DNA of 59,775 nucleotides, filler included, from Platydemus manokwari (GCA_037951405.1; 5 parts of 5 records of this genome joined end to end with filler, not necessarily neighbours in it), one strand, 5' to 3'; positions 14,643 to 26,181 are shown, counted from the whole stretch's first letter. Numbers and translations: made by a program. The notes: generated from the sequence alone by a model not told the origin.

Positions 14643-15396
14643 GTAAAATTCGATTGGACTATTTTTTTGTCTTTTATCAGTCTTTTTAAATCGTTATGAT
14701 TTTATTTTAATTTCTTAATTAAAAATATTATTTTATCTAAATTTAAAATAAAATAGCTTGGTGTTTCTTCTTGTTTAAATTGGCGGCCTTTTAGCTTTAG
14801 TTAAACTCTTACGTATTGGGTTTGATTTATTTATAAACAATGTTCAAATATCGGGTAAATTGTTTTATAATGTCTTGTTTCAGATACATTCATACATATT
14901 TCTATTTCAAAATAGTGCCTATTTTGTTTTTAAATTCCACATTTCGTTCTTTTATCGAAAAATATCACTATCAGAAGTCAAATTGATATTGGAAAGGGCT
15001 TCGTTAGAAATTCTTCGTAACTGTTTCTCGTTTTTTCTTTCTATAAATGTGAAGAATCATTAATCTTTGACAATTACATTGCAAGACATGTATGTATATT
15101 GTATAATATTATTATATTGGCGGGTTGGTGTTTGATTTTAAATATTTTGGTTTGTAGGGGCTTCAGTAACCGGTATGAAGACCAGATTACTGGAAAATTT
15201 ATTTGCTGAAGACTAAAGGTCTTGATACGCAGAGGGACTGTCCTTGCTCTGAGTCTGAAAACAATGAAATTGTGAATCTCAAATAAAACCGCGTTGATTA
15301 ATAGTTGTGGTTTAATAATTTTATTAATTCCTCAGTCAACCCATATTACTTTACAAATAAAATCAGTACTCGTTATATGACCATAATTTAACACAC

Positions 15397-16198
15397 TGTC
15401 GGAGCCAATATTTTTTATTAATGATGAGAATGGAATTTAACAATTAATATGAAAAATAACAAAAACAAATTAGTTAAATAACCAGTACCTCGACTAAGCA
15501 ATTAACCGGTGAATCCGTAAGACGGACGAAGGAGATTAATGAATGAGGAGATGATTATTGCGCAAATAAAGTAAGCAATTATGATTAATAAATTTAGCTT
15601 GGTTGTGTAATAAAATGTTAAGTGAAAAAAATGATAGACTTTAACTTTAAAGAATGAACGAACTCTTACAGTAATAAATCCTCGAATTGAATTGAACGTC
15701 GCTGTAAATGGTACTTCCAATGTTAATATCGTAAGATCACTGTGGTCGAACGTCGATGTAAATTGAACTTCCAATATTAATATCACAAGATCACTGTAGT
15801 CAATTGAATTCGAAATAAACGGTGTCGATCTGCTAACGTCTCGTAACAAAGTGTGTCTTGAACTAATCTAACCACCGTATTTATAAGCACGGTATGTCTT
15901 GATTGTTACTAAAAATTACTTACTCTAACTGACCCTATTATTTATTCATCCATTTATTTTAATTGTTAGTACTTTTATGTGATTATAGTTATTTTATATT
16001 TTTATGTAATTGTTATAATTTATGCACATTTTCCTAATTACATATTTTTTATTAATAATTTTTCTAATTATGCTTTTTATTAATATATATTTTTCATTAG
16101 TATACTTTTCTGATTATTATTGACCTTTACAATTAATTTGAATTATGTTCCTCTTTATTCATACTTATTCCGTGTCGACGTTCATTTCCACATTCACA
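15397..16198 (-). mobile_element. Probable 3' LTR of an AT-rich LTR retrotransposon (internal part lost in the gap)
   Basis: On the minus strand a purine tract AAAGGCGGGGTGGAGAA (16199-16215) directly precedes TG. TATAAATA near 15880, AATAAA near 15415, end TCCGACA at 15397. Internal 54-bp tandem duplication at about 15694-15801. Confidence 0.55.
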
Positions 16199-16494
16199 TT
16201 CTCCACCCCGCCTTTAAAAACCAAAACACATAATAAAACAATAACAAAGTGTAGTCCTAAGCCATACAAAATATCAACAAAAGACAAAGATTATATTAAA
16301 ATCATAGAATACCGCACCCTACCATTGACTGTTAAATATCAACTGTTAAATGTTTGTTCGTTTTGGGGTTGCTTGGTTTATTTTAAACTTTATTATTCTA
16401 ATTTTATCAGTCTCTATTTACTAACTTGTTTTGTGGATCAGTGCTGACTTGATCAGTCTCCGTGAGCTCTGACCAACCCCTTAAGGTATACGAA

Positions 16495-16594
16495 NNNNNN
16501 NNNNNNNNNNNNNNNNNNNNNNNNNNNNNNNNNNNNNNTTAATTAATTAANNNNNNNNNNNNNNNNNNNNNNNNNNNNNNNNNNNNNNNNNNNN
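16495..16594. other. Assembly gap with artificial all-frame stop linker (also 26872-26971, 36283-36382, 48012-48111)
   Basis: An identical 100-bp N-run/TTAATTAATTAA/N-run block occurs at four places. Confidence 0.98.
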
Positions 16595-17777
16595 ACAATT
16601 CATCTCCATTCCTAATGCTACATCTACTACCGCTATGCATCACTGATGGAGGGGCTCTTACAGCTTGATGTGGCCTTTTGGAAACAATCCTGTTGGCTGG
16701 GTATTGCTGTCGTTCATGCTTACGCTGAAGACTCCCCCAACTGTTCTTCCTCCACCTCTCTTGACTCCTTTCCCTCACAGGGTAAACATTGAACCTCCAC
16801 TGTCTCTTTGGGCACAACTCAGACACATGAGCATGACTTCGACACTTCTGACAACGTGGTCGTCGCTCTTTGCCTTCCCACAAATTAATAGAATGGGCTT
16901 TTAGAGGCACATTTTCTTCCACAGGCACTGCCACCACATCATTAACTAACTTTGAGATCTGCGACCTCATCTGTGCCACTTCTTGAAAAAGGGCTTCTAA
17001 ACCGTTGTTACTTGGCATAACATTACATGCAGAACTATTAACTGTACTAGGATATTGGACTGGTACTTCGTCATTCAATACGACATCCTGGTGGTAATTT
17101 TGAGTTGGTGCTGCACGAGCCAGGCGTTCTGCATATTCGCTAATACTCAGAAATGACACTTTAGGATCTTGGATGACTCTTTCCTTCAGCATAATTTGAG
17201 TCCAGGCATCCTGCACTCTGAAAATAAAGTAGTCCCTTAAAGTGAAGTCATCCATTAAAGGGACTCCCTGGAAGTTCTGCTCGGCCACCACATCTTCGAA
17301 CGCCGCATACAACCGATCAGTGAAATCTTGGATGGTTTCACCATCCTTTTGCTCGATGTGATAAAATACAACCAACAGCTCAGGTAAGCACTTTTTCTGT
17401 CCATAGACATGCAGCAAAACCTGCAACATCACATCTGGCTCCCTGCTGGCTGTTCTCATGCGTATGTTTCTGGCTACCTTTGGTGCCAGACTGTTGTTGA
17501 GCAGCTCCAGTTGATCATCTGCTCGCATGAAGCCAGCTCTCCATGCTGCTTTTACTTCTTGGGCAAATTTTTCTGCCGTCAGGTCATTCTCCCCAGTGAA
17601 GGTTCTCACTGGTTTTGCAACCGGCATGAGCACATACTGCATCTTGTTACCCGGCTCTTGGGTAGTTGGCTGAGCCGGTAACATTCTGGGCTCAGAATCT
17701 AAATTTTCATCAACATGGACATTGGGCCTACCTTCAGACTGGGCGGCCTGAGAAGCTCGAACGCTTCTCGTCTCCAT
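16595..17777 (-). CDS. gag: Ty3/Gypsy Gag, variant A (3' end in gap)
   Basis: First ATG at 17777, about 200 nt after the PBS. Capsid-like core FTGEND...EQKDGETIQDFTDRL and CCHC knuckle CQKCRSHAHVSELC. Homologous to the Gag at 26160-26871. Confidence 0.88.
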
Positions 17778-17981
17778 ACCTGATGTTCTCAATGGAGGTC
17801 TTGGTATCTGTAGCGCTCCTGGCTGGTACTAGGTTGACAGTTTTGAGACAGATAGGACTCACAAGAAAGAGCACACAACAACAACAAAAAACATTCACCA
17901 CAAAAATACAAACTACTCCCTACACTACTAGACGTAAAACTACACTACCTAAGGACTATCTAACTGGACCTTGTCCACTAT

Positions 17982-17999
17982 ATCCTGCCGACGACGCCA
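17982..17999 (-). promoter_or_regulatory. Primer binding site, tRNA-Ser type
   Basis: TGGCGTCGTCGGCAGGAT lies 2 nt after an LTR-like end TTTTCA. It is complementary to a metazoan tRNA-Ser 3' end (ATCCTGCCGACnACGCCA). Confidence 0.85.
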
Positions 18000-18001
18000 C
18001 C

Positions 18002-21000
18002 TGAAAACAAAGGCTGTTGCTAACACAGTTTTCAGACACCCAGGGGAGGTACAGCGAGAGAAGAAGAAGAGATAAAGGAAAGACCAATGTCGCGTGACAG
18101 AGCAAAGATCCCCTAAGCACCCTGTGCAAAGACCCTAGTTCCCAAGAAAAAAAATGATAAAAAGATTAACAGGTTAAGTGGGGGAGAAAGAAGTATTCCT
18201 TCCCCCTATCCCAGCCCAGCAGATAAGTCCCAGAGAAGAGTAGAGTAGACAAGATTAATGACAAACACTAGAACAGGAACAATAGAAGATGGAAGCACAA
18301 GATAGCACAAACAGTGACAGGAGAGGTACAGTAAGACAACAACAATCACTAGAACAGAGACAGGAAAGGTACAGTAAAGCAACAATAACCACTAGAACAG
18401 AGACAGGGAAGATAAGAGCAAGCTAGTGATAACTAGGACAGAGATCAGAGACAGGAGCAAAACAACAATCACTAGAACAGAGAAGACAATCACTAGAACA
18501 GAGACAGGAGAGATAGCAAGATGGCAACAATCACAGAAAAGACAGTAAAGTGTCTCAATAGCTAAGCATAGAACATACAAGTCTCACACACACTCACTCA
18601 AAGTTTACAGAGCCTGTATATTTACACTTGGCTATATAACTGCAGTTTATTTTTATAATACTATGCCAAGACATGCATGATGAATGACTAATATATATAA
18701 TAATACTGCTTATAAATGCACACCAAGCCACAAACAATATTACAAATAAACAAAACTGATCGTTACACACACTGACAAATAAAAGAGTAATAGAGATAGA
18801 CGAGTATCAATCAACCCAGTATCGGACTATACCAGCAACTAACCTCCAATGATACCTGTGAATAGAGAAGACCCACATACCCCTTAATATAACATCAAAA
18901 TAAACATATTAATTCAACACAATCACATTCATTCGCACACATTCTATCTGAGGGGCTGCTGTGTCTCTCCTGCACTTGGTGGACCTTGATCATCTGCTGC
19001 ATATGGCCATCTGGTCTGTGCCCATAGAGTTGGTCCCTGAAATCCTGTTAATCAGGCCACACACACTGTCACACTTCAGTTCCCAAGCTTCTCACAGGCA
19101 GATACACATACATCCACTGCACCGCAACCTCAACTAATCTAACACCCACCAATCTCCATGACATTGTCCACAGACATCCCTAAAATTAAATACACAATAA
19201 ATTGTTCCTACACACAATAACTCCCCTTAGCAATCTTCAACCAACAATCTCATACCCAATGAACACTGCTCACACCTGTTAGCCACTTGAACATCACACA
19301 TTTAGTATCTCTACAACATGACAGACCATAATTCCTTCTAAGACCCATCATCCTCACAACATGACAAACAAACAAACATGTTATTCACATCTAGCAGTAC
19401 TATTGTCACCAAACCTCACCAGATGAACACTCTGCATCAACCCATGTTCATACATGTCTATACTGAGCCCTGGTTGAAGAAATACACATCCTCTAACTCC
19501 ATTCCCAATCCACTCACATACCCAAGTGACACAATGAACAACACTAACCGACATCAGCAACATCACCACTACTTCACTACTCACATACCACAGTGACACA
19601 CTGTCACACATTTATAATGCAGACAACTCTTTCCTTCCTCTTGAACTGACACATCTGCTGTCAATCACCCTCTTTCTCATTGATCCACTCTGGTACTCAG
19701 TCACAAGTGCATTAAAGACCCACCTTACTCTACTAAGGATCACATATCCACAACTACTACCCTCATTTCTGTAGTGATTCCCTCACCTCTACACAGTATT
19801 CAACACTAACTGAATAACTAAGACCTATATAACATCATATGCCCCCAATAAGTCTGTCTTCATTCATAAGGGGACCCCTTACCCCTAAACCCCATTAGAA
19901 ATACCATCCCACTGGATGATCACTTAATCTTACACCACTAGCTTCCAATTCCCATGAAATAATCATTCATTCAATCACCACATCTCTTCGACATGTGCGG
20001 CTTTCATCAGTGAGCTCCCACACTGAATACAGACAATTGTCAAACCTAACTGTTATCTGACAAACAGACATCTTCTTCACACTGTCAGTAAATTTACTTA
20101 GTTCATATTATAGCATCCCCCCCATAGAAGTACTGTCCTGTATTGGTCCAGTCACCCATGTACTCTAAACAGGTAATCATTGTCTATAAGTTAGCCTAAC
20201 ACATTAGTCAGCCTCTACTGTTGTCAGTACTCTTTATTATGTTAACTAGGACCAGCCCCCAATGTCCTTGTTTAGCCATGTCCCTCTCCTCTGCACTCAT
20301 CAGGTGCCTCCAGGGACCCCTCATATTCCCAAGGTCCTGTCAGCTCAACCCAATCATCCCCAAATTAAACTGTAGTCAGCTTGACATCAACAAGTACATT
20401 TTACTGTCACTATAGACATTGCAACACATTATCCCAGTCACTAATCACAAGTTCCTAGTACCACCCCACTAGTAATATTAACTCTTAGATCATATGGTCC
20501 CAGACCCACTGTTCTTCAGCCAGTACCACCATATGTTGACCAGTGTATGCTGTTAGTTAGTCAACTAATCTGCCTATACATTAGGATACAGCAAGATATT
20601 CTTGCTACAACTAGCATTTGAGCATATTTCTACTCGGTACCTAAAATAGTATACATATTATAACCCCTTCTGTTTAAAGCCAAAATGTTCAACATAGATG
20701 TTCATTATATATTTTATCTGTCCATGGTGTGATAAATTCTGTAAAACTACATCCCTAGAATTACATATCTACACCCTGCAAATAATTTCCCCCTAGCTTG
20801 AGTGTTCATGGTTCACTACCATACAGTCTGGACTCATTACCACTCCAAAGAATTCTTTCCTTAGATTTCACTAAAGACACTTTACATAGAATATTAATTG
20901 TTCTGAATGCTGCTTTAAAGAATAAATCTCTTTTTATAGTCATCCTCACCTCTGTCTACTGCTTGGACACAAGCTTTGCCTTCGGCGTCGTAAGCTGTCC

Positions 21001-22215
21001 ACATATTTTCAAGGTGTTGTGTAAGGCACCGCAAGAATTACACTATTTTACTGCTATTCCTATTACTTATATTTAGCATAATGTGAGATTTTATGCCGCG
21101 TCAGCCCTTTGGCTCCACTGGGTGGCATTAAATATTATTTGTAGGCTAGAATAATTTACATATTTAGCGTACCGCTTTAAATAATAGCCCTCTGATTTAT
21201 TTTATCCCTACCCATTGTCCGTTTCTATGCGTCGCCTCTAAATTCTCTCCGCTTCAATCCAGATAGCAGCTAATAATATTAGTTATCATTATTATTGTAG
21301 CAATTAATGTCATTATTATCATTATTAGTTACCATTTGTGCTCATATTATTGCTATTATAATTATCATTATTAGGCATTATCATTATTATAATAATTATT
21401 ATTATAATTAATATAATTCATCATTATCATTGTAAATGGTAATGACACCCATGTCAGCCTCCCACATGTGGTCTTGATTTGTGCTCAAGTCTATCACCAT
21501 GGCACTGCAGCCTTTATCACTCACCCCATAATATTATTGTAATAATTCTTATTTATCACTATAACTCCTGTCACCATCAATCCTCATTTCTGCAAGGTCA
21601 TCCGCCTCACGTGGTAATGTTTGGTGCTTCCCTTTCACACAACACATGGCACCCTTTGACAGGCCAAAATTCCTTGTATTTCTTATCTCCACCAATCTTG
21701 CTCATCCATTCTCAATCCGATGATGAAATTTAAACAGATGCGTGCTTAATATAATTTCCTTTAGATCCTTGCTACTCGTGGGAGTATAAATAGTTTCTAA
21801 GTCAATATTACTGAATATGTTTGATTCATATTTTCCTGCCTCACATTGCGCCATGCACATCCATGGTTTCATTGTCGATGTCCTGATTAAATTGTCAGTT
21901 ACGTTTATTCTAGTTCTGTGGTAACCTGTGGGAACAAATAGCAAAATAACTAACAAAGTTGAACTTACTAATCGTAGATGGTAGGAGAACTGTCAGTCTG
22001 AAGGTTTGGCTGCTGTTGGAACGTGTTGCTCTGAGTCATGTACGACCCTTGTAGCTCGATGGCGACCGGCCAAATGAACGATGGTCCCTTTGTTCTTCCC
22101 ATCGACACTTCCGGTGGCCAGGTTTCTTTGCCTGTTCCAGCCGATTTCATTTTCATCCTTCCATTATGGTTTGTCCATGTACGGTGCTCGGAGTTGGCCA
22201 GAGCCACCGATTTCA
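18002..22215 (-). mobile_element. Putative 4.2-kb LTR between PPT and PBS
   Basis: Starts TGAAA immediately after the PPT and ends TTTCA immediately before the PBS (terminal inverted repeat). No long ORF. Only one copy is visible, so the length is inferred. Confidence 0.6.
18260..18545. repeat. Irregular tandem array of an AATCACTAGAACAGAGACAGG-like motif (about 6-7 copies)
   Basis: The ACTAGAACAG core recurs near 18267, 18348, 18391, 18471 and 18492, with variants at about 18432 and 18530. Confidence 0.8.
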
Positions 22216-22228
22216 TGTCCCCCTTCTC
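22216..22228 (-). promoter_or_regulatory. Polypurine tract
   Basis: GAGAAGGGGGACA lies about 30 nt after the pol stop, preceded by GAGGACAC and followed directly by TG. Confidence 0.8.
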
Positions 22229-22257
22229 ACATATTGGTGTCCTCACCAATCCTACCA

Positions 22258-25200
22258 TCAAACGTAGTTGGATCTCTTGGTCTTTCTAAAATTCCTTGTC
22301 TCCATCCGATATAAACCGGGCGGCACAATATTATTATTAAGTCCTGTGCTGGATTCCGCAGTGTCTGGAGCATCAGGCAGTCCTAGAGTCATATCCGAAT
22401 CTAGTCTCGTAGCAACCTCCTCGCACCTCTTTAATTCATGTCCTGCTACTCTGATAACCATCCCACCTTCACCAACTCTCCTCACGACATACGGTCCTCC
22501 TGTAATTGGCGGTAATCCTACCACTTCATATTTCTCTGTTGACCACATGTCTTTTATTTTAGCCCTACCTATATAATGTATTCTTTTCCTAACATTTTCA
22601 CCTATCTCTAATGGTGGAGACTTAAAATTACTGTCAACCCTCTTTTTCCTGGCATCCGCTTGTCTGCGCAATTGATCCTCCGCTCTGCAATGCGCCTCCC
22701 GCAAGCGTGCCAAGTGTTCCTCTAACCATTGGTCCACACTGACCTCTACATCATAATCATTAGCTGAAACATTCAACATAAAATCAATAGGGAGTTTTGG
22801 CTCTCTACCGAACATCAAGTAAAATGGAGAAAATCCCGTGGAAGAATGAGGTGTACTGTTATAAATTAATAATAATTCTGGCAGGTGTTCCGACCATTTC
22901 TTCTTCTCTCTTGGGTGCATTGGTCTCAACAAATCATGTAAGGTTCTATTAAATCTTTCACACTGTCCATTTCCTTTCGGGTTATACGGGGTTGTACGAC
23001 TCTTTTCTATGCCGTAAGCCTTGCACAGTTCGGCTACAACTGCAGACTCAAAGTTGCGTCCATGATCCGAGTGTAATCTTTGCGGGACTCCCAAGTAAAG
23101 AAACCACTTCTCAACTAACGCTTTCGCAACCGTTGTGGCTTTCTGGTCTCTGGTTGGCACAGCTACAGTATATTTGGTGAACACATCCGTTATAACAAGG
23201 ACATTCTCGAATCCCTTGGAATCACGCTCCAAAAGAGTAAAATCCATGGCTACCACCTCTAGAGGTTTAGTCGCCAACAAATTCCCTGAAGGACCTTGTA
23301 TTTTAATATGTGGTGGTTTTGCCACATTACATCTTATACATTTTTTGCAAAATTTACTCACATCACCATTCATACCATACCAGTAACATCTGTTACCTAA
23401 AATACTTAACATGCGGTCTTTACCTTGGTGACCTATATTATGTACAGACTCCAAAATTCTAGGTTTTAGGGCTTCAGGTACTACCAGCTGTAACACCTCG
23501 ACCTTTCTTGGTCCTAGTTTTACTTTATACAACAAATCTTCCACTACTTTCAATTTTCTCCTCTGTCTCAACAACCTTCTAGTGTGACTGGGCAACTTCT
23601 TCATCTCGGATCGGCTCAGTCTGATGGCGTCTTTAATAATTTTTAAAACTTCATTCACATGTACATCCTCACTTTGTAATTTTCTCAACTCTTCTAAAGA
23701 GTATGATGGAAAAGCCATCGCTGGTGCTCCTTTAGTGTCTACATTTTCTATATCTTCGTCAACTGTCGTCATTCTCACCTTGGCCTCCACTTTGTCAACA
23801 TTCACTACACCTGATGTTGGGGGAACTTCCATTACTTCTACCTTACTAATAGCTACATCTCCCTCCTCCTCTGAAGTTCCTGGACCTTCCATAGGATATC
23901 TCGACAGATAGTCTGCATTACCATTAGCTCTACCTGGTTTATGCTTGATTTCATAATCAAACATTGACATCTGTGCTATCCACCTCTGCTCGATAGCTCC
24001 AAGCTTTGCTTTCTTCCACATTGCCAGGTTCATGCTGTCGGTATACACTTCAATTCGTGCACCCAGAAGATAACTCCTAAATTTTTCTGTGAGAGCCCAT
24101 TTCAGGCTTAATAATTCTAATTTTGAACTACTCTTAGCATTACGCTCACCGGGTCTCAGAGTCCTACTGGCATATGCTAGCACCTTCTTCTTCCCTTGCT
24201 GAACTTGTGACAGTATGGCACCCAAGCCCTGATAAGATGCATCTACCTCCAGCACAAATGGCAGGGAAAAATCTGGATAACCCAACAATGGAGTAGAGGT
24301 TAAGGCACTTTTTAAAACATTAAAAGATTCATCACATTCTTTAGTCCACAATGGCCCTATCACTACTTTCTTTGACCTATCATTTTTATACTGATTTAAT
24401 TGAGCGACTAATTCATGTAATGGTCTTGCTACAGTGGCAAATTTTGGCACAAAACGTCTATAGTAGCTAGCCAATCCTAGAAAAGATCTCAACTCTGTCT
24501 GGGTTTTAGGGATTGCAGCTTTTCTGATAGCCTCCACTTTGTCTTCCATCGTTCCAATTCCCTGGTCTGAAATTGTGTGACCAAGAAACTCAACCTTTGG
24601 AAGGCAAAATGCACACTTTTCAGGATTCAGCTTTAAGCCCAAAGCCTTGAGGCGTTGGAAAATCTTTTCTAGTTTTAATATGTGAGAACTGAAATCACTT
24701 GAATAGACGAGTATATCATCTAAGTAAACTAACAGTAATTTGAACATTAGGTCATGCATCGAGCACTGCATAAGCCTTTGAAATGTGCTCGATGAGTTCG
24801 CTAATCCCATTGGCATGCGGCGAAATTCGTAATGGCCGAATGGCGTAGAAAATGCCGTTTTTTCCTGATCTTTTGGGTTCATGGCCACTTGGTAATAACC
24901 GCTAGCTAAGTCTAATGTGGAAAATAGTTTTGAACCGCCTAGTGCATCTAAATATTCCTCAACTCTAGGGATCGGATAAGCATCTTTTTTGGTCCTCAGG
25001 TTGATGGCCCGGTAGTCCACACACATCCTTAATGTTTTATCTTTTTTTCTCACCAATACAATTGGTGATGCCCAAGGACTTGAACTAGGTGTAATAATCT
25101 GCTTATCCAGTAGTCCCTGAAGATGATCTTGCACTTCTTGATAAAACATTGGCGGAATACGCCGATACGGCTGTTTGATAGGCGTATTATCCACTAATTC

Positions 25201-26181
25201 TATATTATGGGTCACTCTATCAGTGTACCCCACATCATTCTCTGCTGTTGCAAACACATCTGAATACTTGGTTATTAATTGCTGCAACTGGGCCTTTTGA
25301 TCTTCACTACCTTCAAAATTTTCTAAATCTACAAAACATTTCTTGGGTGTCTCCTCCCTAACTGCTATATCTTCTAGTTGCTTTGACACCTTTATCTCAT
25401 TACTATTTACAACTCTAAAATGTCTTGAAAAATCTACAGCTGCGTCTGAGATTGAGCCTAACTGCATGCCGCAGGATAAGAACAGGTCTTCATTTCCCAA
25501 ATTCACTGCTTGGATTAGGCACATGCCTCGTCTCAAGACAGTTAATGTGTAAGGTAGAATCAGACCTTTGTGTTCCAATTCCCGATCCGGCTCAAAGATG
25601 ACATTGCTATCAACTTCTAAATTACTTTTGCACTGTACCTTGAGGTCTTTTACCGAATGAGCAGGTAGACGGATTTTCCCGACTCCAGCTAGCCATACTC
25701 TCCTCTCACTAATTTCCACTTCTGGCTCCCCACTGACTGGTCTCTGCAGTCTTAAGTATTCACTTAAATCTGGTACCTCAGGCAGCACATTCATGCCCAA
25801 GATGCCAGGTACTTCATCTTGCCTTGGTACACTGGACGTACCCTTTAAAACAAAAATACATACATCATTAATACATTTTTCATTAATTATTATACTACAT
25901 GTAAAATATCCCACATACGGGATGCTCGTGCCATTTGCTGCTGACAAAGTGACATAGCTGTCGCGCAGTGGACGACCCTTGAACAACTGTTGGAAATAAT
26001 GCTCGCTGATAGTCGACACCTGCGACCCACTGTCCATCAAGAATTTTATGTCCTGTCCCTCGATCTGCACTGTACACACCGGCCGCTCTCCTATCATTTT
26101 TAATTCTGGTGGCCCATTCTGCTCCCCGTCTGTAGCCTGGTCCCTAGCCGCAGCGGGGTCTAGTTTAGTGCCCGGCGACAA
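22258..26181 (-). CDS. pol: Intact Ty3/Gypsy Pol polyprotein (PR-RT-RNase H-IN), probably reached by -1 frameshift
   Basis: 1307-codon uninterrupted ORF. Protease FLMDSGSQVS; RT LRMCVDYR...LVYLDDILV; RNase H LEVDAS...ELLSLKWA; integrase HHCC (HNIGH...CIRC) and D-D-E (MDF, HSDHG, CERFN). Confidence 0.97.
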   Translation of the reverse strand: MSPGTKLDPAAARDQATDGEQNGPPELKMIGERPVCTVQIEGQDIKFLMDSGSQVSTISEHYFQQLFKGRPLRDSYVTLSAANGTSIPYVGYFTCSIIINEKCINDVCIFVLKGTSSVPRQDEVPGILGMNVLPEVPDLSEYLRLQRPVSGEPEVEISERRVWLAGVGKIRLPAHSVKDLKVQCKSNLEVDSNVIFEPDRELEHKGLILPYTLTVLRRGMCLIQAVNLGNEDLFLSCGMQLGSISDAAVDFSRHFRVVNSNEIKVSKQLEDIAVREETPKKCFVDLENFEGSEDQKAQLQQLITKYSDVFATAENDVGYTDRVTHNIELVDNTPIKQPYRRIPPMFYQEVQDHLQGLLDKQIITPSSSPWASPIVLVRKKDKTLRMCVDYRAINLRTKKDAYPIPRVEEYLDALGGSKLFSTLDLASGYYQVAMNPKDQEKTAFSTPFGHYEFRRMPMGLANSSSTFQRLMQCSMHDLMFKLLLVYLDDILVYSSDFSSHILKLEKIFQRLKALGLKLNPEKCAFCLPKVEFLGHTISDQGIGTMEDKVEAIRKAAIPKTQTELRSFLGLASYYRRFVPKFATVARPLHELVAQLNQYKNDRSKKVVIGPLWTKECDESFNVLKSALTSTPLLGYPDFSLPFVLEVDASYQGLGAILSQVQQGKKKVLAYASRTLRPGERNAKSSSKLELLSLKWALTEKFRSYLLGARIEVYTDSMNLAMWKKAKLGAIEQRWIAQMSMFDYEIKHKPGRANGNADYLSRYPMEGPGTSEEEGDVAISKVEVMEVPPTSGVVNVDKVEAKVRMTTVDEDIENVDTKGAPAMAFPSYSLEELRKLQSEDVHVNEVLKIIKDAIRLSRSEMKKLPSHTRRLLRQRRKLKVVEDLLYKVKLGPRKVEVLQLVVPEALKPRILESVHNIGHQGKDRMLSILGNRCYWYGMNGDVSKFCKKCIRCNVAKPPHIKIQGPSGNLLATKPLEVVAMDFTLLERDSKGFENVLVITDVFTKYTVAVPTRDQKATTVAKALVEKWFLYLGVPQRLHSDHGRNFESAVVAELCKAYGIEKSRTTPYNPKGNGQCERFNRTLHDLLRPMHPREKKKWSEHLPELLLIYNSTPHSSTGFSPFYLMFGREPKLPIDFMLNVSANDYDVEVSVDQWLEEHLARLREAHCRAEDQLRRQADARKKRVDSNFKSPPLEIGENVRKRIHYIGRAKIKDMWSTEKYEVVGLPPITGGPYVVRRVGEGGMVIRVAGHELKRCEEVATRLDSDMTLGLPDAPDTAESSTGLNNNIVPPGLYRMETRNFRKTKRSNYV

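Noticed and set aside
15143-15355. CTGAAGA...GAAA hammerhead-like motif, or a short solo LTR
   Set aside because: I could not form the three hammerhead stems and found no convincing termini or TSD.
16539-16594. TTAATTAATTAA palindrome repeated four times, and the ORF-track stop of the 417-aa Gag
   Set aside because: Artificial scaffold linker inside N runs; the true Gag A end is unknown.
18260-18545. Repeat-spacer appearance suggesting a CRISPR array
   Set aside because: Eukaryotic LTR context, irregular unit length, mutually similar spacers and no cas genes.
18600-21700. Possible env gene downstream of pol
   Set aside because: No long ORF, and no signal-peptide, furin-site or transmembrane pattern. 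The PPT lies right after pol, leaving no room for an internal env.
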